64,000 bases of DNA from Camelus dromedarius (Eukaryota): positions 15,066,001 to 15,130,000 of the forward strand of contig NC_087436.1 of NCBI RefSeq assembly GCF_036321535.1. Reading direction: 5' to 3'. Positions 1-11,659 of the stretch are shown piece by piece (position 1 is the first letter of the stretch; every line of letters begins with the position of its first letter). The notes beneath the pieces were generated by a model. The model saw nothing but the letters and a program-made list of their open reading frames with translations, was not told where the DNA came from and searched no databases. The position numbers and the translations under genes are program-made.

Positions 1-36
1 TCCTTAGAATTTTCTCACCAATAAAAAAAAAAGCAT

Positions 37-505
37 GTAGTTTTTCTCTATATCTGTGTCTGTTTCTGTTTTGTTATATTCATTCATTCATTTCATTTTT
101 TAGATTCCATGTATAAGTGATAACAAAATGTATTTGTCTTTCCCTGCCTGACTTATTTCACTAAGCATCAAACCTTCCAGGTCCATCCATGTTGTTACAA
201 ATGGCAGAATGTCGTTCTTTTTTAGGGCTGAGTAATACTCCACATCTTCTCTATCCATTCATCTGTTCATGAACACAGTAGTTACCAGTGGGGAGAGGGA
301 AGTGGGAGGGGAAAATAGGGCTAGAGGATTAAGAGGTACAAACTACTATGTGTAAAATAAATAAGCTGTAAGGATATATTGTACAGCATAGGGAATAGAG
401 CCAGTATTTTATAATAACTTTAAATGAGGTATGATCTATAAAAATATTGAATCAGTATGTTGTACACTTGAAACTAATATATCATAAACCAACAATACTG
501 CAATT
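37..505 (+). mobile_element. 5'-truncated L1 3' end with inverted 5' segment (~37-276 antisense, ~277-505 sense)
   Basis: Antisense L1 ORF2-end/3'UTR motifs (ttagattccatgtataagtga...ggctgagtaatactcc) join sense L1 3'UTR (gttaccagtggggagaggg...gttgtacacttgaaactaatat). Confidence 0.85.
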
Positions 506-639
506 AATTAATTAATTAACATTAAGAGCACCCAAGCTTCAGCCTTAAGCACTGTGTTCCGTGCAACTCACTTTCTAAAATTGTAAGCCTTCTGCCAACA
601 AATACGGACACACACACACACACAACTTCCTATTCTTTT

Positions 640-835
640 CCCTTCTTTATTTTTCATCTCAGCACTTATCACCATATACTATACTGTATATATTTACTGA
701 TTTATTTTGTTTACTGTCTGTCTCCCTACTAGAATACAACCTCTATGATTTTTTTCTATTTTGTTTACTGTTGCATCACAAGCATCTAAAATATAACAGG
801 TGCTCAATAAATATTTGTCAAATGAATGCATGAAT
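640..835 (+). mobile_element. L2 3' end
   Basis: ctgtctccctactagaat...aggtgctcaataaatatttgtcaaatgaatgcatgaat, the typical L2 terminus. Confidence 0.8.
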
Positions 836-2156
836 ATGACAGGAAAGGAGCTGTACTGAAGAACTACAGAATATTAACTTTATATATGGCCACTGACTGA
901 GAGGAAGCAGCTCCCTAAAGATGGATCAGAACCAGAGACAGTGCTGTGCAGGTCTCAGCCTGCTCGGAAAGCCTCGGAGCTCAGTGACAGGCTAGTCCTT
1001 CTATGTCTTAGTGGGTAGACAGGTGCAGGGGACCCTACAATAAAGTGGCACTAGATTCACTCATGGCTTATGTCTATGAAACTGAATAGAAGAGCTTCAT
1101 GCATCTTGAAAGAAATGAGCTTTCCCAGTGTTTACTGTAGATGCAATTTGTATTATTTCACGGCAGTCAAGTGTGCAGTGACTTTAGATAACATCTTTGC
1201 TACCATTTTTTTTTAAATCCTAGTAGTTCTGTAATGTTTCAGTTTCACTTTACCCAGAAAATCACCTTTCATGATAGAAAAAAAATTACTAAAACCGTAT
1301 CAAATGTTCTACAGATTCCAGGCTGATATAAATAAATTCCCAGTGGGAGAATCCGCCGCGCACTTGGACTTGGTGGGATTAGGTGGGGTTATCCTGCCCT
1401 TCGCATCCTCTGCCAAGGCAAACAGAGGCGTCTTTCTGATCAGTTTGGAAATCAGCCATATCAAGAGGGTTTTTACAGCAGTCAAGCAATATTTATTTGA
1501 CATACAGACTGCCTGTGAAAAATCTAAACGTATTTGTCTACTGGAAACAAGATCAATACAGAATAATAGCATATTGTGAGTGACTCTGAATCTAGAGAGC
1601 CCTTTATTTTATCTTGGGTACAGTACACTGCACCAGTCAAGTTTCTAAAAAGAGAAATAGTGCACATCAGAAGGAAAAAAAAATTGTTATGGCCAGGAAT
1701 TCAAATTGTTATAGCAGAAGAATCTGTGGAATAGTGTATCAGCAAGGCTTCTGACCAAGTCAGTTATGCTATCCCCTCATGGACAACATGGAGAAATGAG
1801 GACCTTCCTTCTGTGGCTAGTGTGATGGTGACATAGAGGGGGAAAAAAGTAATTATTATTATGGACTATTATATAATTGAATTCCTGGTGCAGGATAGCT
1901 ATTTCCTATGTGATAGTTATTACTGGTAACTTTATCTTAGCCACCAATAGTGAAAACTTATCAGGTGTAACTGAAGTCTTATCAGGTGTAAGATGAGTTA
2001 CACGCATCCTGAATCATCTAGAGGCTAGAAGAAGGCTTTGTCAAACCACAGCTGAGGGGATAAGCCAGGATGAAGGATTGGGAGGAGGTCTGAGGCTAGA
2101 CCCCTCTAACACTGGTAGGTGGACTCAGTCTCAGGAGGGTGACTGGCCCAGGACAA

Positions 2157-2787
2157 TGAGACAGGAAGGAAGAGGGCAGGGCACAGCCATTAAAAGAATG
2201 ACACAGCAATCAGCACCAAGATGGTGGAAGATGCAACTCCCAGTAGACCTTGAGCTTCAATATAGGCTCACTGAAATGCAGTAGCTGCTAAGTGGCACTC
2301 CCACAGGTGCCAGGACCTGTTCAAGGCTGACCATAAAAGGTCAGAGTGTGGGTGATGGCCCAATTCCTGGGAATTCCCAGCCCCTTCCCAAAGTATTTGG
2401 AATAATCCTCCCACTTGTTAGCATAGGAAGTTACCAAGCCCATAAAAACTAACCACACCTGCACCTCATGGCTGATCTCATTTTTCCTAGCTGACCCCTT
2501 GCTCATAGGCCACAGCTCTCCCTTCTGAGAAAGATGGCCCGCATTCTGCCTATGGAATGTGTATCTCCTATGTCTTTCTCTTGCCTTTTGAGATGGCTCG
2601 TACTTTCTATGGGGTGTGTATCTCTCCGAATAAATCTACTTTTACTCAACTACAGCTCACTCTTGAATTCTTTCCTGCATGAGGCCAAGGACCCTCAACT
2701 GGTGGGGCTGGTGGGGTGAGTCCCAAGGACTCGCCTAAGACCTGGGACATGGCCATCCAATTGCTCCCCTTATTTATTCCTGCATCA
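2157..2787 (+). mobile_element. ERV1 solo LTR, MER41-like
   Basis: TG...CA termini and 4-bp TSD ACAA (2153-2156 / 2788-2791). AATAAA near 2629 is followed by ctcactcttgaattctttcctg...ccaaggaccc. The core ttcctgggaattcccagccccttccc...gaataatcctccc resembles MER41. Confidence 0.85.
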
Positions 2788-2908
2788 ACAAGACCAGGTG
2801 AGAGCTCCTGGTCAGAAAACAGTCCTGCAGAAAGCAGCTCGGCAGTCACCCAGAGACAGGAGGTGGGAGGGAGGGATGACCAAGAGGCACGAGAAAACTT
2901 GAGGAACT

Positions 2909-3030
2909 GATGGATACGTTCATTATTTTTATTGTGGTGACAGTTTCATGGATGTAAGTGTATATATATGTCAAAATTCATCAAAATGTACCCTTTCCTT
3001 ATGTGCTGTTTATTGTACATCACTTAAGCA
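2909..3030 (+). mobile_element. Ancient L1M 3' end fragment
   Basis: attgtggtgacagtttcatggatgta...gtcaaaattcatcaaaatgtac...tttattgtac. Confidence 0.65.
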
Positions 3031-3485
3031 CCTCAGTGGAGATGGAAGGAGAGGATGAGAGAGGAGAGAAAAGGAAAAGAAGAAAGAAAGGAAAAATTTA
3101 GCTGTGTCAGAGATGTCAAAGTCACACTGGGTCAGGTGCTTGGAAGGTAGCAATCATTTCCAATGTGAGACTGGAGTTGCCAGAGCTGCATGTAAATGGA
3201 GAAGTGCAGACATGACCGGCTGATGGGATGTAAGGTCAGGAACTGAGGGAGATAGCACTAGGGGAGCAGGATGAGTGTACCTCTGACAGCAGGCACACAG
3301 CTCTATGCTTTTCCTTACAGGCTGTGCCCGCAACACTTGAAAGGGACTTCAGTCAGATCCAGGCAATGGAACTTACCGAGCACCATATTCAAATGCAGTC
3401 TCAGGAATGACTGTCTTCAGAGCTGGTGGGCTACGGGCACTGGGAGTGTCGAAATGAGTGCTGGCTGATCCATTGTCAAGTACAC

Positions 3486-3640
3486 CAAACCTTGCTGCCT
3501 AACCACCCAGGAAGCTTGTTAAAATGTTCCCCCACACCCACTCCTGTCCCAGAACGACTAAATCAGAATCTCAACAGAGTGGCAACTGACATCTGTATTT
3601 TTTTTAAACTTCCCTGGCGATTCTGAAGCAGCCTGTGTTT
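3486..3640. mobile_element. MER5-type hAT-Charlie DNA transposon
   Basis: agcttgttaaaat...actaaatcagaatctc...atctgtatttttttaaacttccctggcgattctga. Confidence 0.7.
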
Positions 3641-4769
3641 GGCATTTGCTGCTGTGGACTTGGACTCAATTAATCATCTCTACAATTCCTTCTAACTCGA
3701 AGTTTCTATGATTCAGTGAATGCCCTGGACATTTGAAACTCTTCTCTGCATCCTACACGAGGCTTCTGGGACAGACTCCTTTTTTTCCCCAGGCAAGAGG
3801 TCCTGGGGAAAATCTTTCAAAGTATGAGAGCCCCAAAGGTCCTGATTCCAAAAAGCTCCATGTGTGAAAAGCTTAGCCTATCAAACTATTTTCATCCCTG
3901 AAGACTTACCTGTCTCCTTGGTGAAGGTGTCCACTCCTCCCCTCCCTCCATCTAGGGCCCAGGCTCCTCTTCTCCCCACTCTGAATTCTAAAGCACCAGA
4001 AATCTTGGTTTTGTTTTTTTTTTTAAAGGAAGAGGGAGGAAGAGGGCTCTTCTCATGTGTTGTCTTGACATCATCTGTTGGGAGATTCCATAGACCCAGT
4101 GAAGAATGCATGTCCAGCAAGTTACAAACTAATTAAGCAATCAGACTTAAGAAAAGGACATATGGAGACTCAAACAGCACCTCCACTGCTGATAAGTTTG
4201 CAATCAGAACAGCAGAGATCACAGCAGAGCCCCTACTGGGGAAGGTGCTTTCCCATAGGGCAGAGCCCACCCTCGGGCAACCTACATCACAGAGGAGCAG
4301 AGCCCAGCAAGAGCATCTTGGCCTCAACCTGGGGGCAGGGACAGGAGGGAGCTCAGCTCCGCGTGCCCAGTGTCTTCTTTGTGGCTCTCCAATTAGGATC
4401 CATCATTAGAATCCTCCTCTTTCAGAAGGGCCATCAGAGAGCAGCCAGCAATGTTACAGAGATGGACGCCCTCCAGAGTGGGAAAGGACTCTCCCTTCCC
4501 CAACTCCTTCTCATCCTTCTTTACTGTATGTGTTGTCACCTTGTGTGAATTATAAGCCAATGGAACATAGGGATTGTGTGTTACCTTCTTTTGATGTTTT
4601 CTCCAGAATGCTTGGTACTGTGCTAGACATATTATAGATGTTCAAAAAAACAGGTTCAGGACAAAGAACTCAGGAGCAAGGGGTGGAAAGAGAGGGAGCA
4701 AAGAAGAAAGGATAGGATGGTGGTTCACAGGCATATCTGGAAGGATAAGGGAAACATGAGTGGTTTGAC

Positions 4770-4890
4770 AATAGAGGCAGGCAGCCTGGGTTCAAATCCC
4801 GCTTCCACCTCTGACTGCCTCTACTATTCTGAGCAAGTTGCCTAAATGCTCACCTGCACCTACCACATGGGCTCGTTGTGAGCATGACGT
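4770..4890 (+). mobile_element. MIR SINE fragment
   Basis: gcctgggttcaaatcccgcttccacc...gagcaagttgcctaa...ttgtgag. Confidence 0.65.
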
Positions 4891-4917
4891 GGGTTTTGGC
4901 CCATTGATGGGTTAGAA

Positions 4918-5132
4918 CATGGTTGGTACACTTATGAGCTGTGGTCCGTCTGCCCTGAGGCTGTATTTATAAATAAAATTTTATTAGAACCCAGCCACAC
5001 CCATTCACTTATGTATTTCCCACAGTTGCTTTCACAGTGCAGTTGAGTAGTTGAAACAGATCTTCTGGCCCTCAAAGCCTGAATTACTGATGACCTAGAC
5101 CTTTGTGGAAAAAATTCGCCGACCAACCCTTG
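4918..5132. mobile_element. MER58A-like hAT-Charlie DNA transposon
   Basis: gtatttataaataaaattttattagaacccagccacacccattcactta...gttgagtagttg...aaaaaattcgccgacc. Confidence 0.8.
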
Positions 5133-5612
5133 GCTTAGAACACAAGCGCTCTAGTCTTCATCCCTAAGAAGTAGAAGACTTAGTAAACATGTCACTTTTC
5201 TTTAAAGTAGTCTTCAGTTCTGACAATTGGGCTTGCGACCCTCCAATGTCATTCCACGCCCCCCAAACCTACTTGCACGGCACTTTTGACATGGCATCGC
5301 CTCGATGGTTTGGGCTCCCTCCGCTGGACACGGGGATCCACCAGGTTGGGACTGTGTCTTGTTCATTTCTCTAGTCTAGTGCCTTGGACAGAAGTGATCC
5401 CCAGGAAATGCTTGATTAACGTAATAGTGAGAAATATACGAATGCACAATATAAACCCTCCAAAACCGGGGACGACAAACCTACAAAGGGACAAAGGCCA
5501 GACTTCTGAGCAAGCCTCTGCGGATTTTGCCCCCATGGCTGTGACTGGGGCAGATCTTCATGTCCTCACCTCTGTCTCTTTCTCTATTTTTTTCCCCCAT
5601 GCTCGGCTGCAG

Positions 5613-7560
5613 TGGCTCTGGAATAGCAGCCACTCTGTCCTCATTGATCAGCCTGCGGTCTACCACTGGCATCCCTTTTCGCTCCTTGTGGGGCTGTCAG
5701 CCTTCCCATCAGTGCTCGGAAGTCCATGCCAAGACACGGCAGCCGGGAGGGCTTGGGTCCTGGGGCAGATGCTGCCCGTGGGAGCTGAGGAATGCGCCCG
5801 CCCTTGCATTCCGCAGCAGGTGTGCGGGGGCATTCTTATCATGCTTCTTGTAGAGCTGCATCTGCTCCTGGTTTTCAGAGCTCCTGATCATTCTCACAAC
5901 AAAATGTTAGGCTATATTTATCTGTCACATCACCAAAGCTGGTCTTTGAAATTTCTCTCCAGGAAACATTTGAGCTGCGCCGTTAACAAGCTCAGTGACC
6001 TTGGCACCTCCCTGATCCCTGACCTCCTCCTCTGTAAAAGGAGGGGAGATGGTCACAAGCACCCCCCAGACTCTCACATTGAGTGCCTCTACAAGGTCAC
6101 ATGAACCCTCAGTGCTGGAAATTCCTCTACGTGGGACTAGTAGCTGGTTCAGGCATTGACCTGCTTGGAGGGCAGGTGGCTGGACCCCACCACCTGTGAA
6201 GCCCCCTGCCTGCAGGATGCTGACCTCTTGTCCCCCCACTGACAAGATCTTGCCCAAATCCTCCCTTCTAAGGTAAAATTCCTCAAAATGCTCTGAGTAT
6301 CCTGAGCTTTCCCAAGGCTCCTTGGGGCTCAAAGGTGAAGTCAATGTTTGCCTCCAATAAGAATTCATTAGCTGCTATTGCCAATCAGGGCTGTCTTCTC
6401 TGAGCGGAACCGGACTCCCTGGAACTCTGCAGGTCACCAGGTCAGCAGCTTAACATGCGGAATCTGCAAATGCCCGTGATCCAATCCACCAGGACTGGCA
6501 GGTAACACATAAGCTTCCTCCAACTCAGTGATCTCACTGCCCATCAGGGACCGGCTGAAGAGTACCCGTCATGTCTTGCCGACGAGACCCAGATCCCATC
6601 AGACATCAGACTGTAAACCTAAGATGGAGCTGGAAACCTGAATCTCTCCCAGGCATTCTGGCAAATTCTCTCTTCAGTGTGACTTGACAGAAAGAAGTTT
6701 TTTTTTTTTTTTCTTCCCCCGAACAGCATTTTTATTCCCGTGGGAATCAGTAAGAAGCAAATGTATTTGTAAAGTAGTGGGTAAAAATGATTACTTGGTT
6801 TTTAAAATGCTCTTTCTGATGTTCCAATTCACTCAATGGTGACAGTTTTACTGACAGCCACATTCATTCGTGATGCAGAGAAATCTTCTCTGCTTAATAT
6901 TACAGTAAGCCCTGTTTGAAAAGTAACAACCCTTGTGTGGCTTTCCCCACGGTGTTCAGGGCCTTTGATACCCTCCTCCACAGGAGCTGACAACGTTTTA
7001 GCAAAGTTGGCTCTTGAAGGTGGAATTCCATTTGGGGCAGAGGAACATCTCAGAATGCTTAGGAGTCTGTCTTCCTCAGATAAATGGCCTCAAGGACTGT
7101 CCTAGGGAGATGACTGTCCCAGGGGTGACAGCTGCAGCCCTCTTCTAGGGAACAGACTTTATTCTGGCTGAGGAAAGGCCACCAAATGAGCTCTTTTTAA
7201 TTAAAACCCCCTGAACCTTACTTCTGAAGACTTTTGGCACATGCTGACAGTGGAATCTTTCCTGCATGGTCCTTTTGGGAGCTACCTAGATGACTCTGGC
7301 AGAGAAATGACACATAAATCACATTTAGGATTATTATTATTGGGCCAGGTTCTCATCCTGTGTAGCTCTCTGGGAATTCTGATGCTCAGAGTTGCTTGTT
7401 ATAAATACTCTACCCTTCACCTTCTGCCAAGTGCGTGGGGCATGAGGTGGCGGGAGGCTGTGTCGGGGTTGGAAGAGGGCATCATTTGGGAGATCCATTC
7501 ATTGAAGTCAATTTGAAAGTCATTCTGTACACTATTAAATAAATTAAAACAAATTATTCC
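5613..7560 (+). other. Candidate terminal exon / 3' UTR of an unidentified plus-strand transcript
   Basis: ~40-nt polypyrimidine tract (5560-5598), CAG acceptor at 5610-5612, CpG-retaining and repeat-free sequence, and overlapping ATTAAA/AATAAA/ATTAAA at 7534-7548 preceded by TGTA. No protein recognised. Confidence 0.3.
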
Positions 7561-7849
7561 CTATTTCAGGTAATTCATTCATTCCCCAAGTCTCCAGAGA
7601 GTGGCTTTTTAGACCTGTTTCAGGAATGGAAAACAGATTGAATTGGCCCAGTGGGTGATGAGATTATAGAACAAATGATTCTGACATGACACAGAGTAAG
7701 AAACAAGGCTCCATCACGGGGAGGCATGTCTCTAACCAGATGGGACCCCATCAGAAGGCAGAGGACAGGGGCAGTAGACTATTACCAACATTTTAGGGAA
7801 GTGCTTCTACTTAGGAATGCTAGTACCAGATGCTAGGCTGACCATTAGT

Positions 7850-9200
7850 CCACACAGCAAATATTTGAGTCTGCACCATGTGCCAGGAACCATCTGCTGT
7901 TGGTCCGGGTGGTGAAGACAATGGGCAAGGTCTCTGCTCTCTGGCAGCTCAAATTCTAAGGTGTGGTGCTGGGGGAGATAGATGGTAAATAAGCAAACTA
8001 GAAAGCAAACAAAGATATGAGATAAACTCAGAGAGGTGAAAAATGATAGTTAGCAAAACAGAGAACTGTGATGGAAAGTGACTGGGGAAAGGTAGTGGGG
8101 ACAATTCTAATAAGAGTGAGTGATGAAGCCTTCTGGAGGGAGGTCACATTTAAGCTGAGACCCAGAGAATGAGAAGCAGACCAACTTGGGAAGATCTGAA
8201 TTCAGAGCTTTGTAGGCAGAAGGAACAGCAAGTGCAAATACCCTGGGGTTGAAACATACATGGCCCGTTACAGGAGCAGAAAAAAGGGAGGTCCCTGATG
8301 CAGCCAAGTGAACAAGGGGGCATGGCAGGAGAGGGAAACAGTTACCAGATCAGCACAAATCAAGGACTGGACTTCATTCTGCAAGCATGGACAGCCATTA
8401 GAGGTACAGAAGAGACTACTAGTTGTCCCCCATATCCATCCTCCCCTTCTTTTTAGTCCTAGAATCCTTGATTTTTTAGCCAACAAATTCCACCTAGTTT
8501 GAAAGTACATTTTCCAGTTAGATTTTGCATGAATATATAGCTGTATGATTAAATTCCAGTCAATGAGACGTGAGCAGAAGAAATGTGTTGACTTCTGGAC
8601 CTCACTCTAAAAGTGATAGAGTGAGGTCCCCCTTCCCTTCTCCTTCTCTTTTCCTCCCATCCTGGTGACTGGAATACGGATATGGCTATAGAGCCAGCTT
8701 TGACTTTAGCACATGAGGGCAACACCCTGTAGCATGGTGAGCAACGAGAGAGAAGGAACCTGGGTCCCTGCATAACTGTGTACATCTTAGCCACCTACCT
8801 GCCCTGAACCAGCCTACTTCCTCTGTTTGAATGATTGTAATTTGGGGGTTTTGCTACATCAGCTTAGACTGCATCCTAATACAGGATGTTTCAAGCAGGA
8901 AAGTGATTTGATTTATATTTCAGAGATAAATCTTGCTTCCATGTGGCTACAGTACCGGGGGTGGGGTGGATAATATTGGATGCAACAAGACCAGAGGCCA
9001 GCTAGGAGGCCATTGCAGTAATTGAAATAAAAGATACTGATAGCTTAGGGTAGGGTAGCCACTCTGAACACAGAGAGAAATAAAGAGATTTGGGGTAGAC
9101 CAAAAAGGTCTGGAGATGAATTAGATGACTGGGGAGAGAGGTTGAGAAAAGAATAATCAAGGTAGCTCCAAGTTTGGAGTTCTTTGGTGATTTTCCTATC
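7850..9200 (-). mobile_element. L2 fragment interrupted by an MLT1 LTR
   Basis: caaatatttgagtctgcaccatgtgccagg; gaggtcacatttaagctgagacc; gcagaaggaacagcaagtgcaaa. Resumes after ~8885 (caagcaggaaagtga...ggaggccattgcagtaat). Confidence 0.8.
8406..8883 (+). mobile_element. MaLR LTR, MLT1J-like
   Basis: ccatatccatcctccccttct...ccagtcaatgagacgtgagcagaag...gagggcaacaccct...aaggaacctgggtccctg...cctaataca. Confidence 0.75.
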
Positions 9201-9399
9201 TAGATGGGATCTGAAGACCACAGGAGGTGGACCCCCACTAAGAGGACCCTGAAGCATCTCTACCACAGGCATCTCTAGATAGGAGCTACCCCCAAAATAA
9301 CAAATTTGGAGTTGATCCATATTACAGTTGTCAGTCTAATAATCTTCTGTATAGACACAGATGTCATGCCCCACACTGGAGTTAAAAATCTTTACAATT

Positions 9400-9830
9400 A
9401 TTTTACTTAGTTGCATGCAACAGAAACCAACTTGGGCGAGTTTATGTCTTAAATGCATGAGTGGTCCCTTAAAAAAAAACAAACAAGGACCAAGGACTAG
9501 AAAGATGACAGAAACTAGACAATACTCTTAGCTCTTTATCCCTAAATAGACCACTTTGCCTGCTTTCCATATATATGATGAAAGATGCTGTTTCCATGGC
9601 TTCCGAGTTTATATTACTTCTAGCAAATATACTGAAACAATCTAGACACTCTAAGTCTCAATTCCAAATCCCTAGGAGTGAGAATTTAACTATCCCTGAT
9701 TGGGTCAGTGGACCAACTGACATAGTCAGGAGGACAGGACCAAATCATTTAAACATGGCTGCCTCCACCCATCCATGTGGGAGGGGCAGGTCACAGAGAA
9801 AAGGGTCTATGTGAGCTGGGCCGACATTCC
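9400..9830 (-). mobile_element. Degenerate MLT1-type LTR
   Basis: ttagttgcatgcaacagaaaccaact...ctgattgggtcag...aacatggctgcc; highly diverged. Confidence 0.5.
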
Positions 9831-11128
9831 TCTCAAAGTGCCTTTCTAACAAGTTCATATTGAACACAAATATCAGTTTCATGAAGACACAGCATCGCAA
9901 GGCTCAGAAGCGTCTGCCTCTAATACAGAGCTAAATCAAAGTAATCTTGAGCCTTCAACTGTCTCATTTTTAAAGCTATCTTGCTCAGAAGATTTCATGG
10001 CCTTCCTTGGGGACCACTGGTGAGGACTCGCAGTGCTTACAGACATACTCTTCTTGTTTCTCATCTATGTGCTTGCCACAGCATGTGAAAGAAAAACATC
10101 TTGTTTTTGCCTCATTAAAAAGGGGCCAGCTGGTATACCTACCCCTCAGAATGACCCTCCAGGATGGTACAGTGCAAGTAAAGCTGGGCTGAAGTGGATG
10201 TGGAATTCTGCACATGACAGGCCTGGATGTGGCCCTGCGGTCTCAGAGGTCTGTCTAAACTAGCCCTGAACACATCAGAGGGCTGTGGAACTGCCTTTTT
10301 TTTCTAGAAGCATCTATTGTACAAGTCAGTGATCCCACATTCCTCTTCTCCTTGTTGGTCTCACACATTCATTCTTTATTCCCATCCAGGGCTCCCTCTC
10401 CGCACTGCTCTGAATAAAGTTTAAAATTGAGCCATAAGAATGGATATAGCAGCTCTTTATCTGTCAGAGAAAGATTAGATAAGGATAGTTATGGGCCCCA
10501 GGCAAAGATAGGGATGCAGGCTGCCTCTTAAAGGCTTGATTGGGAGGGTTTTATTGTTATTATAAAGATGCACTTTCCTTAAAAAGTTTAGAGCTAAGGG
10601 TTTTTTTTTTTTTTTTCTTTTACTTCTTTTAGTCACAGGGGGGCCTGTGATTTTTAAATTTTTTTTTTATTCAGTAGCTTTTTAGTTTTAAGCCTGAAAC
10701 TTAACTACATGCACAGTAAAGATACGGGGAAAGTGAGTGGGGCCTCTGAGGAAGCTTTAGCTCGATTAATACAGGGACACTGTGAACTCTGTGCCTTCTG
10801 ATAATTTACACGCAGGTCACAACCCTTCCACCACAGAACAAGCCCACAGCATGGGTCCAGGTACACTTTTTCCAAAAGGCAAGGCAACAAAAAAAATAAC
10901 CTTTTGATATCCTTTCTAGCTTATCATTCCTTTGACTTTTCTATTATGCAACTAACAATTATGATCAAATAGATAATATGTATTAAAAGTGCTCTAAAAA
11001 TAAAATCTCATTATTTTTATGGCTTTTCAATTTTCATACCAGACTTTCTGCTCACATTGTTCATAAACCATCATTATCACCATCCCTGCAGTCCCTTAAC
11101 AAGTAACCATCACAAGCTCCTGCTTTTT

Positions 11129-11265
11129 GCTTTTTTTTGGGGGGGGGGGTGTAATTAGGTTTGTTTATTTATTTGTTTGTTTATTTGATGAAGGTAGTGG
11201 GGATTGAACCCAGGACCTTGTACATGCTAATCATGTGCTCTGTCACTGAGCTCTACCCTTCCTCT
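11129..11265 (-). mobile_element. Camelid tRNA-Ala-derived SINE (Vic-1 type)
   Basis: Reverse complement reads gaagggtagagctcagtgacagagcacatgattagcatgtacaaggtcctgggttcaatcccc...aaacctaattac-C run-A tail. TSD tcctgcttttt at 11118-11128 and 11266-11276. Confidence 0.9.
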
Positions 11266-11276
11266 TCCTGCTTTTT

Positions 11277-11546
11277 TTCCTACTTTTTTTTATTGTGGTA
11301 AAATATACATGACATAAAATTTACCAGTTTCACCATCTTTAAGTGTACAATTCAGTGGCCTTAAGTACCTTCACAAGGCTGTGTAACAGCACCACTATCT
11401 ATTTCCAGAATTTTTTTATCCTCTCAAACAGAAACTCTTTATCTGTTAAATAATAACTCCCTATTTCCCCTCCCCCTAGCCCCTGGTAATCTCGATTCTA
11501 CTTTGTCTCTATGAATTTGCCTATTTTAGGTACCTTATATAAATAG
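11277..11546 (-). mobile_element. L1MB-like 3' end
   Basis: ttttttattgtggtaaaatatacat...aagtgtacaattcagtgg...ctttgtctctatgaatttgcctatt. TSD agc(t/c)cctgcttttt at 11115-11128 and 11547-11560. Confidence 0.85.
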
Positions 11547-11659
11547 AGCCCCTGCTTTTTAATCTTTTCTCCAAATGCTGCACTGTGTCTTCCCCACCAC
11601 ACCTTCATATAGAGGCCAGAGGCCATCCATCCTAGGTTGTGGTCTTTCAATAAGAAGAC

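Noticed and set aside
5286..6104. 272-aa ORF
   Set aside because: Non-ATG start, runs through a polypyrimidine tract, and has no recognisable domain; not supportable as a CDS.
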